A stretch of 64,000 nt of DNA from Candidatus Andersenbacteria bacterium RIFCSPHIGHO2_02_FULL_46_16. Its GTDB lineage: Bacteria > Patescibacteriota > Andersenbacteria > UBA10190. The notes beneath the pieces were generated by a model. That model was not told the origin of the DNA. It did no database searches and saw only the letters and a list, made by a program, of their open reading frames with translations. The position numbers and the translations under genes were made by a program. The stretch spans positions 18,651 to 82,650 of the forward strand of contig MHHQ01000005.1 of assembly GCA_001817065.1 (NCBI GenBank), given 5' to 3'. Shown here in pieces: positions 39,375 through 48,710 of this stretch (the first letter of the stretch is position 1; each line of letters opens with the position of its first letter).

Positions 39375-40030
39375 ATCGGTTTAGAGTAGTGCTTGTGAAA
39401 GTAGTTGTCAGCTGATTTGTCGTAGAGATGTGTCTTGGCTGCTTGGTCGGACAGACTTGCACCTCGCTGATGAAGGACGCGCCAGGAGGGCAATAGATGA
39501 ACTGACCAGCCGGCTAGCCAAGCGCGGCGGCATAGGTCAACGTCCTCCCAGTAAAGGAAAAAACTCGGATCAAATCCGGATAATTCCTCAAAGACAGAGC
39601 GTCGAATGAGCATGGCACCACCGCTAACCCAGCCGACAGCTTGTGGGTTGGAGGGCAAAGAAATAGGTGTAAGACGGCGGCTAAAGAGCGACCAAAGATT
39701 GACTGACTGGCCATAACACTTTGTTTCATAAACTTTGTTATGGTTATAGAGGAGGGGACCAACAACGCCTACTTTAGGATGGTTAGATAAGTAGCCCAAC
39801 GGGAGTGTGAGAGAATTGGGGAGAAGAGCTGCGTCGGGATTAAGGAACAGGATAAACTCATTGGTTAGTTGTCTTGCGCCAACATTGGCAGCGGCGGCAA
39901 AACCAATATTATTCTTATTATTGTTTATAACCTGCTGATTGGTGACACCGTTTTGCTGCAAGCTGGCCAGGCACGCCTGCAACTGCGCGGCTGAGGTTTG
40001 AAAGGTTACCACGACAGCGCCGATGGACAT
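39314..40030 (-). CDS. Glycosyltransferase family 2
   Basis: NIGFAAAANVG, LFLNPDA, WVSGGAMLIR, FFLYWEDVDLC. Confidence 0.9.
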   Translation of the reverse strand: MSIGAVVVTFQTSAAQLQACLASLQQNGVTNQQVINNNKNNIGFAAAANVGARQLTNEFILFLNPDAALLPNSLTLPLGYLSNHPKVGVVGPLLYNHNKVYETKCYGQSVNLWSLFSRRLTPISLPSNPQAVGWVSGGAMLIRRSVFEELSGFDPSFFLYWEDVDLCRRAWLAGWSVHLLPSWRVLHQRGASLSDQAAKTHLYDKSADNYFHKHYSKPIWLFQRYLRWLYRLLSPLVD

Positions 40031-40063
40031 AAGGTTGAGAAAATAGAAATTAAGAAACGATAA

Positions 40064-40951
40064 TCAGTAATTAGAAAGCGGCATTGGAGCAGGACCAGTT
40101 GTTCGATTGATAGCGTCGCGAAGCGCCTGGATGACAACCGGATGTCGGCGACGCAGGCGGTGATAAGCATAGCGCAGACGGTTGGCAATCCACCAATAAC
40201 ACCGCCATGGCCAAAACGTTTCTCGCTCCAAGAACAAAGCGCCATTGCGAACAAGATAATAGGTTTTTTTTGTTGAGGCGGCGGAATCCGAGGACTCTTC
40301 GTCATGAATGACGGTAATATTAGAGGCAGTCCTGAGTGGCAGATGACGCCGCATGGTCTGCTGGCTAAACAAAACATCTTCCCAGTACATAAAATATTCA
40401 GAGGGTAAGCCATGATTGAGGAGTAATAGATTAAGGGGGGCGGAGAAACAGGCGCCATGAATGTAGGGGAGAGTAAAGAGATGCCGGTTTTGATGGGTCG
40501 GTAGGGCAATATTAGTCAAACGACACCGACCAGTGAGCAAGTTGACTTGTCCGCTTAATTGGGGCGGTTGGTTGGGCTGGTGGACAGTTAACCCGAGCAA
40601 AATGTTGTCTGGGTAGTCGCTCCACCACTGACGCAGCTTGGTAAAAGTATCCCTAGGAACAATAACGTCATTGTTTAAACAGGTAATGATGTCGGAGGGG
40701 GAAGCTTGGAGGGTAGAGATAACGCCCAGCCCCATATTTATTCCAGCAGCGTAACCGGCATTATTGGGCGGATTTAGTTGGACCAGCCGAGGATTAGTCT
40801 TGAGGGAAAGCCCGGTGGGGCCATGGTTAATAACTATAATAAAATCAGGCGGGTCGTTATTTTGTAAAAGCGACTGGACGGTCCGGTTAGTAGGGGCCGG
40901 GTCACCGTAGTGGACAGTAATTGCAAAATGTTTTTTTATTTGTGGATTCAT
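40064..40951 (-). CDS. Glycosyltransferase family 2
   Basis: NAGYAAGINMG, LNNDV, GACF, YFMYWEDV, YYLVRN; likely start MNPQ at 40951. Confidence 0.88.
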   Translation of the reverse strand: MNPQIKKHFAITVHYGDPAPTNRTVQSLLQNNDPPDFIIVINHGPTGLSLKTNPRLVQLNPPNNAGYAAGINMGLGVISTLQASPSDIITCLNNDVIVPRDTFTKLRQWWSDYPDNILLGLTVHQPNQPPQLSGQVNLLTGRCRLTNIALPTHQNRHLFTLPYIHGACFSAPLNLLLLNHGLPSEYFMYWEDVLFSQQTMRRHLPLRTASNITVIHDEESSDSAASTKKTYYLVRNGALFLERETFWPWRCYWWIANRLRYAYHRLRRRHPVVIQALRDAINRTTGPAPMPLSNY

Positions 40952-40992
40952 TGTGGATAAATATGTGGAAAGGGCTCTATTTTTGTGGATAA
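40941..40992. promoter_or_regulatory. Cluster of four co-oriented DnaA-box-like 9-mers
   Basis: tgtggattc 40941, TGTGGATAA 40952, tgtggaaag 40964, TGTGGATAA 40984. Confidence 0.55.
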
Positions 40993-41915
40993 GTATGGTA
41001 AAAACCATACCAAAAATGGCTATTTATAGCTATTTTGTATATTAATGGGAGACTATATTTGGGGCTGATTATTTTGGTTATTTGACGAATTATAAACAGT
41101 AGTCCGCTGTAGTAGATAAGCGCGTGCTTAAACCAATGTGAAAGTGAGTTCGTCTTGGGGACGGCAACAGAAGGGTGCTGGGACTGGAAAAGACGAAAAC
41201 CATGCCCCGCGGCTTGCTGGCGATCCAATACACGCTGAGTTGAGTAGTAGTGGTAGTGGTGTCCGATAGCTTCTGGCAGCACGGATAGTTGCAAGTTTTT
41301 TTGGGCGGCCAAACGGCGGCCTAGATCAATATCTTCCCAACCATAGGAATTATATTGAGGACGGAAGGGAGGAGAGGGCAGGACTGATCGCTTGAGAGAC
41401 AAATGGGAACCGTAAAAGTAATGGTTAGGATCAGCGACTGCTTGACCCAGCAAGGCATCAAAGTTGTTTTGACTGCCACCATGCGTCATCCATTCCATGA
41501 GCGGAGTAGGGTGAAGACGAGGATCCCACACCACAAATCCTAAGGCGGCAATCTGAGCGTCGGGATAATGGGAGTGGAAATTTAAGTGGGCCATTAGTGA
41601 ACCTGGGCGCAAAACAATGTCAGCCCCGAGAAACAGCAAGAGACTTGAGCTACTTTGGGCTATGGCATGATTACGAGCAGTGCCGGCGCCGGCATGCGGA
41701 GAGGAAATGATTTGATAAGGCCAAGAGCTTGCGTGGCATAGACGACGAGCGGTTATTAATGATTCGTCGGTGGAGCCGTCATCTGACAAGACTGCGCTTA
41801 TTTGCCAATGGCTGGGGATGGACTGGCCAAAGAGTGCAGGCAGGGTGAGGGGGAGCTGCTGGGCATTATTGAAGACGGGAATAATAACAGCGCAGTGTTG
41901 GTTTTGGTTATTCAT
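40977..41915 (-). CDS. Glycosyltransferase family 2
   Basis: VIIPVFN, DDGSTD, GTARN, FLGAD, YGWEDIDLG. Confidence 0.9.
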   Translation of the reverse strand: MNNQNQHCAVIIPVFNNAQQLPLTLPALFGQSIPSHWQISAVLSDDGSTDESLITARRLCHASSWPYQIISSPHAGAGTARNHAIAQSSSSLLLFLGADIVLRPGSLMAHLNFHSHYPDAQIAALGFVVWDPRLHPTPLMEWMTHGGSQNNFDALLGQAVADPNHYFYGSHLSLKRSVLPSPPFRPQYNSYGWEDIDLGRRLAAQKNLQLSVLPEAIGHHYHYYSTQRVLDRQQAAGHGFRLFQSQHPSVAVPKTNSLSHWFKHALIYYSGLLFIIRQITKIISPKYSLPLIYKIAINSHFWYGFYHTYPQK

Positions 41916-41938
41916 TGCTAAATATTATAACAGCCTAA

Positions 41939-42112
41939 GTCACCGTAAATAAATAACTTAACCATCTCTCGCCCACTATGCACCAATCTGCGACTTTTTT
42001 TCAATCGCGAAACATTCAACGTAGTACTGCGCTTCGTATTTCGCTCAATCGAAAAAGTCGTATCTCGGCGCAGATTGAACGAGATCTGGCCAAGTTATTT
42101 ATTTACGGCGCC
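41939..42112. mobile_element. MITE copy 1 (~174 bp), TAA target, IS5-like ends
   Basis: taa|gtcaccgtaaataaataactt…aagttatttatttacggcgcc|taa; second copy at 59352. Confidence 0.85.
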
Positions 42113-42120
42113 TAAGAGGG

Positions 42121-43560
42121 TCAGCCTAATGGGGGTGGGACAGGATCAGTGGTACCCGCACGCAATAGACGAAAATGGGCGGGCGAGACGATATTGGCAC
42201 TAAAAACTGCTACACCGTACACACCGGTGAGAAGAATAGCCCTAACTGCTACCGGTACAGTTGACGGCAAAAGATACAAAAAGACGCTGCAGCCAATAAA
42301 TGTAAATAAGATTTTAAAGACCAGGCTGTAGGGTAGCGATAAACCAGTAGTGCGATGCACATACCAGGCAGCACTACCAGCGGCAATTAATTCAGTGGCG
42401 ACAGTAGTCCACGCGGCGGCGGCGGCGCCATAGCGCGGTATTAGGAGCAGGTTGGCACAGGTATTAAAGACCGCTAGTGCTAAGTATAGCCGAAGGAGGA
42501 AGGATTGCCGTCCCAAGGCGACCAAAGCGAAACCAAACAGATTGCCAAAAAACATAATAACGAGAGCGAGGCTGAGGATTTGCAGAAGGGGTGCCGCAGC
42601 GATAAAAGTTGGCCCGGCAATTAATAATAGAATTGGCTGACTAAAATACAGCAGGACAAGCAAGGAATATAAGGAGAGGACGAGTAAAACTCGAAGGCCT
42701 TCGATGAGATATTGGTTGACATGGGGGAGGTCTTGCTGAGACAGTGCCGCAGTGATACGGGGCAACAATAAACCGCCGAACATAGCGGGGAAAAAGAGAG
42801 CACTTTCAATAATGCGATAAGCGGCGCCATACCAACCAATTTCCCAGGCGGGACGAAAAAAAGACAGGATCAGCATATCGATACGAAAATAAACAGCATT
42901 AACTAACAACATTGCTCCCAGTGGCCAAGATACGATGATGATTTTTTTCCACGCCGACCAGGCAAAAACAAGCCGCCAGGGCGTAACTGGAAGCAGCCAG
43001 TGGTGCAGCAGATAGGCTAAGGCGGTGCCAATAGTAAAGGCCATTATCATCGAACTGATGTTGGCGGCGGATGTGCTAAGCAAAAAAATACTGGCTATCT
43101 GAGCAAGCCGCCCGACCAGATCGCCTAAGGTAGCGCGCCATACTACCTGACGATGTTGATAAATTCCCAGCAATAACTGACTGAATGATTGGCAGGACAG
43201 GCCAAACGACATAATAATAAAGGGCAAGGCGTAGGGACGCAGGTTGGGGATAATAAGGGTAATGACGGTGGCAAGCAGAAAGACTGCACCAAGCAGCAGA
43301 AGGCGCAAGGAAAAGACTTGAGACAGGAGGACGGGGGATTGATGGGGTTGCTCGGCGACGGTTCTGGTGAGGGTTAGATAGAGGCCAAAGTCGGCGGCCA
43401 GCTGCACGAGAGCACCAATAGAGAGAAGAAGTACATATGAACCAAACTGGCTTGGTCCAAGCAGGCGAGTAATTAAAGCAGTAACAACAATACCGAGGAG
43501 TATGTTGATGAGTCGCCCGATAGTTGCGATGGTGGTATTAGTAAGAATAGATTGGGCCAT
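42121..43560 (-). CDS. Wzx-like flippase (oligosaccharide/polysaccharide transporter)
   Basis: ITRLLGPSQFG, ADFGL, YFRIDMLIL…IGWYGAAYR, NLLLIPRYGAAAAAW. Confidence 0.9.
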   Translation of the reverse strand: MAQSILTNTTIATIGRLINILLGIVVTALITRLLGPSQFGSYVLLLSIGALVQLAADFGLYLTLTRTVAEQPHQSPVLLSQVFSLRLLLLGAVFLLATVITLIIPNLRPYALPFIIMSFGLSCQSFSQLLLGIYQHRQVVWRATLGDLVGRLAQIASIFLLSTSAANISSMIMAFTIGTALAYLLHHWLLPVTPWRLVFAWSAWKKIIIVSWPLGAMLLVNAVYFRIDMLILSFFRPAWEIGWYGAAYRIIESALFFPAMFGGLLLPRITAALSQQDLPHVNQYLIEGLRVLLVLSLYSLLVLLYFSQPILLLIAGPTFIAAAPLLQILSLALVIMFFGNLFGFALVALGRQSFLLRLYLALAVFNTCANLLLIPRYGAAAAAWTTVATELIAAGSAAWYVHRTTGLSLPYSLVFKILFTFIGCSVFLYLLPSTVPVAVRAILLTGVYGVAVFSANIVSPAHFRLLRAGTTDPVPPPLG

Positions 43561-43634
43561 GTCGCTGAGGGCGGAGATAGAGAATAGTAAGCCTTGAACA
43601 AGAGTTACTAAAGTCTATGCCGGGTCCGGGTGGT

Positions 43635-44159
43635 TTAGATGAAAACTGGCCGAACAACAACGCGTCTATTAGGCTCGTCACCCAAACTAGCGGTGGTAAC
43701 GTCGGGACGAACAGACAGAGCTGTGTGAACAACGTGGCGATCGGTCGCGTTCATCGGCGGCAGAACGACGGCGCGACCAGTGCGTCCAGCTTTCTGCGCT
43801 GATTCCTCGGCCAGGCTCTGGATGCTTAATTCGTGAGAAGCTAAATAACCATTAACATCAACGGTGACATAAACTGGCTGGCGTAATTGACGGCGCATAA
43901 TGGAGCGCAAAATATATGACAAGGCGTTTAAGTGGGCGCCTTTTAGCCCGATCAACAGACGACCCGACTGTTTGGCTTCGATATTGATATGAATTTGTTG
44001 ACGAGGCAGACCGGCTTTGTCTTTAGTGAGTTTGCTGGCACAAGAAACCCGGGAGCCGGAAAAACTCATAACATCAAGTAGGTGCCTGACGTCTTCTTCA
44101 ATTAAGGCGATGGTTTCGGGGTTGAGGTTGGTTTGAGTGGCAGTTGTGGGCATAAACAT
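43635..44159 (-). CDS. jag: Jag/KhpB RNA-binding protein (KH + R3H)
   Basis: LLIGLKGAHLNALSY, VDVNGY, LPPMNATDRHVVH, SLGDEPNRRVVV. Confidence 0.88.
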   Translation of the reverse strand: MFMPTTATQTNLNPETIALIEEDVRHLLDVMSFSGSRVSCASKLTKDKAGLPRQQIHINIEAKQSGRLLIGLKGAHLNALSYILRSIMRRQLRQPVYVTVDVNGYLASHELSIQSLAEESAQKAGRTGRAVVLPPMNATDRHVVHTALSVRPDVTTASLGDEPNRRVVVRPVFI

Positions 44160-44908
44160 TACATTGCAACAGAGCTGGTTATATGTAAACGTTTTTTAAA
44201 TACGTACTGCTGCACTATACCAAAAATTGTCGTGGCTACCCAGTATAGCGCTAAAGCGGCCGGTAGTTTCATAGAAATAAATACCGTCATGACCGGAAAC
44301 ATAAAGGCCATATTCTTTTGCATAGAGGCCATCATGGCCGCGCTTTGGTCGTCATTAGGGGCGGGGGGTGGGGTGGTGGGCGAGACAGACTTCATGAGGA
44401 TAAACTGGCTGACTCCCGCGACGATGGCTAATAATAAACTGCTTTGGGCCAGGTTAATGGTCAGAAAATTAAAGTTAACACTCGATGGCGCAGGAACAAA
44501 AGCATAGAGGTATTGAAAAGTGTCGGGACTGATGCCAATAAGAAAAACCCGATAGAGCGCAATTAAGATAGGCAGCTGAATTAAAAGGGGTAAACAACCG
44601 CTGGCTGGGTTAATGCCGGCTTTCTTATAGAGCTGCATGGTGGCCTCGGCTTTTTTGGTCTGGTCGTGCGCGTGGTCCTTTTGTATTTTCTTTAGTTCCT
44701 TTTTAAGGTCAGCCATTTTAGTTTGGTTTTTTTGCATCTGCTTGGCCTGGTGAAGGGAGGGGGGGATAAGGATTAACCGCACAATAATAGTGACAATTAG
44801 AATACTGATACCAATCCCATGACCAGGCACCAGATCCGTAATGATCACTAACAAATTGAAGAGGGGGCGAAACAGCAGTTCTTGATAGACGAAAAAAAGA
44901 GGATTCAT
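44159..44908 (-). CDS. yidC: Membrane protein insertase YidC
   Basis: NPASGCLPLLIQLPILIALY, LPAALALYW. Confidence 0.95.
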   Translation of the reverse strand: MNPLFFVYQELLFRPLFNLLVIITDLVPGHGIGISILIVTIIVRLILIPPSLHQAKQMQKNQTKMADLKKELKKIQKDHAHDQTKKAEATMQLYKKAGINPASGCLPLLIQLPILIALYRVFLIGISPDTFQYLYAFVPAPSSVNFNFLTINLAQSSLLLAIVAGVSQFILMKSVSPTTPPPAPNDDQSAAMMASMQKNMAFMFPVMTVFISMKLPAALALYWVATTIFGIVQQYVFKKRLHITSSVAM

Positions 44909-44926
44909 ATATAGAGCTAATAAAGA

Positions 44927-45190
44927 CTACGGTTTTACTTGAGGAACAGGGTCAGGGCCACCAGCGGTGAAGGGATGACAGCGAACGACGCGGCGGAGGG
45001 CTAACAATAGACCGGGCCAGCCGTGTTGATTGATAGCTTGGACTGCATACTCGGAGCAAGTAGGTGTGAAGCGGCATATGCCGTGCGGAAAAATTAGTTT
45101 AGTAAGGCTATGATCAGGAGAAACAGTGATTTGGTATAAACGAATAAGTCGTCCGATGAAGTATAGGACGAGGTTTGGCTTAGTGGACAT
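44927..45190 (-). CDS. yidD: Membrane protein insertion efficiency factor
   Basis: IRLYQ…SP, CRFTPTCSEYA, RCHPF..GG.DPVP. Confidence 0.95.
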   Translation of the reverse strand: MSTKPNLVLYFIGRLIRLYQITVSPDHSLTKLIFPHGICRFTPTCSEYAVQAINQHGWPGLLLALRRVVRCHPFTAGGPDPVPQVKP

Positions 45191-45253
45191 AGAATAAGAG
45201 TATCGGTTATTGATGAAAGAGAAAACTAAGAGGGCGGGTACTCTAAAGTAAGG

Positions 45254-45583
45254 TCAGATGGAGGACTGAGACTGGCTATTTAACGATGCAACCAGGCTGT
45301 CTTTTAGCGGCGAAATAGAGCTGAGCTGACCAATGGCCGGCTTAGCAATTAACACAAGATTGGTTCCCGCCGGAAAGTCCGCTGTCAGCGGCCGAATTAT
45401 CTCGCGTAGCCAGCGCTGGTATTTGTGCCGACGAACGGCAGACGGACTAATTTTTTTACTAACAACGCAAGCAAATTGAACTTGGGGAGATGGGTTAGGT
45501 GGGAGATATATATGGATCCTAACGTAAGGAGTGTGCAGGGCTTGGCCGTGGCAGATGGTTTGCTTAATGTCTTTTTCCTTCAT
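45254..45583 (-). CDS. rnpA: Ribonuclease P protein component
   Basis: ACVVSKKISPSAVRRHKYQRWLRE; position between rpmH and yidD. Confidence 0.85.
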   Translation of the reverse strand: MKEKDIKQTICHGQALHTPYVRIHIYLPPNPSPQVQFACVVSKKISPSAVRRHKYQRWLREIIRPLTADFPAGTNLVLIAKPAIGQLSSISPLKDSLVASLNSQSQSSI

Positions 45584-45726
45584 TACTGACGAGGAGTGAC
45601 GCGATGGCGCTTTTTCCGTCGGCGGCTAGCCACAACACCGGTGCGTTTTTTCCGTTTTTTTGCGGCCAGAAAACCGAATCGACGAGAGCGTCTGCGTTTG
45701 GATGGCTGATAAGTTCTTTTAGGCAT
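45583..45726 (-). CDS. rpmH: 50S ribosomal protein L34 (47 aa, not in the ORF track)
   Basis: Manual translation MPKRTYQPSKRRRSRRFGFLAAKKRKKRTGVVASRRRKKRHRVTPRQ*; TAATG overlap with rnpA. Confidence 0.92.
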   Translation of the reverse strand: MPKRTYQPSKRRRSRRFGFLAAKKRKKRTGVVASRRRKKRHRVTPRQ

Positions 45727-45810
45727 AATAAGTAAATACAATTATTTAGTAACAATACATACCTAGCGCTCGTTGGTCAAATGGTATGCGATAGAATTGT
45801 CTATGCAATG

Positions 45811-45877
45811 TTATCAACAGATTGTCCACACTATTTCCACAAATAGATGATTTTGTGCTTTACAGCTCTGTGGATAA
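45811..45877. promoter_or_regulatory. DnaA boxes in the rpmH-dnaA intergenic region
   Basis: ttatcaaca 45811, ttgtccaca 45822, atttccaca 45833, TGTGGATAA 45869. Confidence 0.8.
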
Positions 45878-45895
45878 CTATGTTATTATTCATCG

Positions 45896-47302
45896 ATGAC
45901 TGATGAACAGCTATGGAAGGCAGCGTTGGGTCAGTTGGAGCTTAAAGTAAGTCAGGGAAACTTCTTAACCTGGTTTAAGTCTACTAAGATCCAACACCGA
46001 CAAGGAGGAAAAGTGGTTATTGAAACACCCTCTGCGTTTACGTTCGAGTGGTTATCTAAGAAATATAAAATGCCGATCCTGGAAACCTTACAAGGGCTTG
46101 ACGCGAGTATTATCAACATCGACTTTACGATAAGCTCAGCAACTGCCCGACAAAGAGTACTCAAAAAAAACTTTCGGGTGATGGCTCACAAAGTGGCGAA
46201 AAAAGCACCAACGGAAATAATAGGGGAGGGCAACAAACCAGCAGTAGCGCCAATCGCGGATAGTCAGGCGCAGCGATTAGCTAAAACCCTTAACCCAAAA
46301 TATGTTTTTGATACCTATGTGGTCGGCCCCAGCAACGAAATGGCTCACGCCGCTTGCCGCGCGGTAGCGTCTAAGCCAGGGGAAGCGTATAACCCGCTAT
46401 TTATTTATGGCGGCGTTGGTTTAGGAAAAACCCATTTATTGCAGGCGGTGGGTAATGAGATACTGAAGAACACTCCGTCAGCGAGAGTGTTGTACGCATC
46501 TTCAGAAAAGTTTATTAATGAGTTTGTCCAGTCAATCAAAGAAAGAAGAACCCAGGCCTTTAAACAATATTACCGGGAAGTTGATGTACTAATCATAGAC
46601 GATGTGCAGTTTATGGCGGGTAAAGGGAAGACGCAGGAAGAGCTTTTCCATACATTCAACGCCCTCCATAGTCAGAACATTCAAGTGATCCTGAGTAGCG
46701 ACCGATCACCGCGGGCCATACCTACCCTAGAAGAAAGACTGCGCTCACGATTGTCCGGAGGAATGATTGCCGATATAAAACAACCAGACTACGAAACACG
46801 TTTGGCAATTATCTCAAGTAAAGCAGAGAAGCTTGGCAGCACGATTGACGATGAGTCACTCGCGTACATCGCTAAGAACATTCAAAAGAACGTGCGCGAG
46901 TTGGAAGGAGCCTTAAACCGGGTTATTGCCCACTGTGAGCTAAGTAACAGTAAGGCAAGTTTGGAATACACTAAAAAGATATTGGAGGGGATATTAGAGC
47001 AGTCAAACCAAAAAACGATCGACTCTAAAAGTGTGCTGGAAGTAGTTAGTTTGTACTACAACATGTCGCTTGACGACCTGTGCGGCAAGTCTAGAAAGAA
47101 AGAGATTGTCCGGCCGCGCCAGATTGCGATGTACCTGCTGCGCAAAGAAAATCGCGTTTCTTTTCCAACTATCGGTGATTATTTTGGCGGCCGAGACCAC
47201 ACCACAGCGATGCATGCCTGTGAAAAAATTGAGAAGTTACTCGAACACGACGAAGAGTTATTGCAGGAACTTAACTTTATCAGGGAGCGTCTCTATGCAT
47301 AA
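45896..47302 (+). CDS. dnaA: Chromosomal replication initiator DnaA
   Basis: LNPKYVFDTYVVG, YNPLFIYGGVGLGKTHLL, IDDVQF, NVRELEGAL, GGRDHTT. Confidence 0.99.
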   Translation: MTDEQLWKAALGQLELKVSQGNFLTWFKSTKIQHRQGGKVVIETPSAFTFEWLSKKYKMPILETLQGLDASIINIDFTISSATARQRVLKKNFRVMAHKVAKKAPTEIIGEGNKPAVAPIADSQAQRLAKTLNPKYVFDTYVVGPSNEMAHAACRAVASKPGEAYNPLFIYGGVGLGKTHLLQAVGNEILKNTPSARVLYASSEKFINEFVQSIKERRTQAFKQYYREVDVLIIDDVQFMAGKGKTQEELFHTFNALHSQNIQVILSSDRSPRAIPTLEERLRSRLSGGMIADIKQPDYETRLAIISSKAEKLGSTIDDESLAYIAKNIQKNVRELEGALNRVIAHCELSNSKASLEYTKKILEGILEQSNQKTIDSKSVLEVVSLYYNMSLDDLCGKSRKKEIVRPRQIAMYLLRKENRVSFPTIGDYFGGRDHTTAMHACEKIEKLLEHDEELLQELNFIRERLYA

Positions 47303-47604
47303 CGTCAATACCTCAGTAGTTTTATTTCCTGTGGATAGACTGTTAAAAGAAAGGAGAAAAGATGTTGAAAGAGCTAGGGGTAAATATTTAATACACACTG
47401 TTTATGCCCGATTTATTAGTAAAAACCGCCATTTTATCCACGTTTTATCTACTATAAATATTGCTTTACAAGGCTTTATAGCACCGATATCCACATATTT
47501 CCCCTGCTCTACTACTACTACTATATTAATTAACTAGACGTACGTAGAAGCACTGCCTTGTGGGGATAAAGGAAAAGGTTAAATAAAAAACAGATAAAAT
47601 ACCT
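47303..47604. other. Putative oriC unwinding region (DnaA boxes, DnaA-trios, AT-rich)
   Basis: tgtggatag 47330, ttatccacg 47434, atatccaca 47487, then (cta)n 47509-47523 and tattaattaa; same layout as the Bacillus subtilis basal unwinding element. Confidence 0.75.
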
Positions 47605-48708
47605 ATGAGATTTATTGGAACACAAAAGAATTTAGTAGAGGGGGTAAGTGCGGTGTCGGCTCTGGCTGGCCGTAATCCACAGCTGCCTATTTTGCAGAAC
47701 GTGCTATTAGAAGTGCGTGATGGAGTTTTGAATTTAACATGTACTGATTTAGAGGTGGGGGCACACGTGACAGTGGTTGGTAAAGCGGAAAAGGAGGGTA
47801 GTGGCGCAGTGTCGGCAAGGCAGTTGTTGGAGTACATACAACAATTGCCTGGTCTGGAGCCGGTGATATTGGAGTTAAAAAAGACTAGCTTAATGGTCTC
47901 AACGAAAAATTTCAGTGCCCAATTTCCAGTTATGGCAGTGGATGATTTTCCGATCCTCCCAATACCGCAAGACAAGGACAGGGTAGTGGTTGATAGCCGC
48001 CTGTTTTGTCAGAGTATTTCTAATACTTTATTTGCCGCAGCAAAGGACGAAACAAGACCTGAGATACATAGCGTGATGGTAAGCGGCGGAGAAGATGAGA
48101 TAAGGGTGGTGGCGACGGACAGTTTTAGGTTGGCGGAGCAGGTTTTGCCTTGGAGTAAGAAGAACAAGGAATTTAGTTTTTTGTTACCAGTAAATGCGGC
48201 GCAGGAGACAGTGAGGTTATTCGGGGGAAAGGATGAATTGGGACTGTTAATTGAACATAATTACATTGCTTTTCAGTCGGAGGGATGTAATCTTTCAGCC
48301 AGACTGATTGATGGTACTTATCCGAATTATCAACAAATAATCCCAAACAAGTTCAACTCTAACTGCGTGGTTGATGTGGAGGAGTTTTTGCGAGCACTGA
48401 AAGTTTTGTCGGTTTTCATTCCGAGGGAGTCTCGGCGGGTGTCTTTAAAGGTGAAACCGGAAAAGGAAACAATAAATATAAAAGTGGAGGGAGGGGAGAG
48501 TGGTTCAGGCGAGGTGGACGTAGGAATAGAAGGAACAGGCAAAGAAGTTGACGTGCTCTTTAATATTCAATATTTATTGGAAGGATTCCAGCACATGGCT
48601 AGCGATCGGTGCGAGATGTCCTTTGGAGGGGCAAGCGATCCCTTGTTGATAAAACCGCACAACAGCTCGGTTAAACAGCTGTACGTAATAATGCCGATAC
48701 AGGCATAG
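47605..48708 (+). CDS. dnaN: DNA polymerase III beta clamp
   Basis: LPILQNVLL, TDLEVG, DETRP, VATDSFRLA, RLIDGTYPNY, VIMPI. Confidence 0.97.
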   Translation: MRFIGTQKNLVEGVSAVSALAGRNPQLPILQNVLLEVRDGVLNLTCTDLEVGAHVTVVGKAEKEGSGAVSARQLLEYIQQLPGLEPVILELKKTSLMVSTKNFSAQFPVMAVDDFPILPIPQDKDRVVVDSRLFCQSISNTLFAAAKDETRPEIHSVMVSGGEDEIRVVATDSFRLAEQVLPWSKKNKEFSFLLPVNAAQETVRLFGGKDELGLLIEHNYIAFQSEGCNLSARLIDGTYPNYQQIIPNKFNSNCVVDVEEFLRALKVLSVFIPRESRRVSLKVKPEKETINIKVEGGESGSGEVDVGIEGTGKEVDVLFNIQYLLEGFQHMASDRCEMSFGGASDPLLIKPHNSSVKQLYVIMPIQA

Positions 48709-48710
48709 GT

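Noticed and set aside
45640..45670. Programmed frameshift in rpmH at the A6/A7 runs
   Set aside because: The frame is open and gives a normal-length 47-aa L34; only the middle residues are divergent.
47070..47537. 155-aa ORF spanning the dnaA end and the intergenic region
   Set aside because: It overlaps dnaA out of frame and the oriC elements, and has no protein motif.
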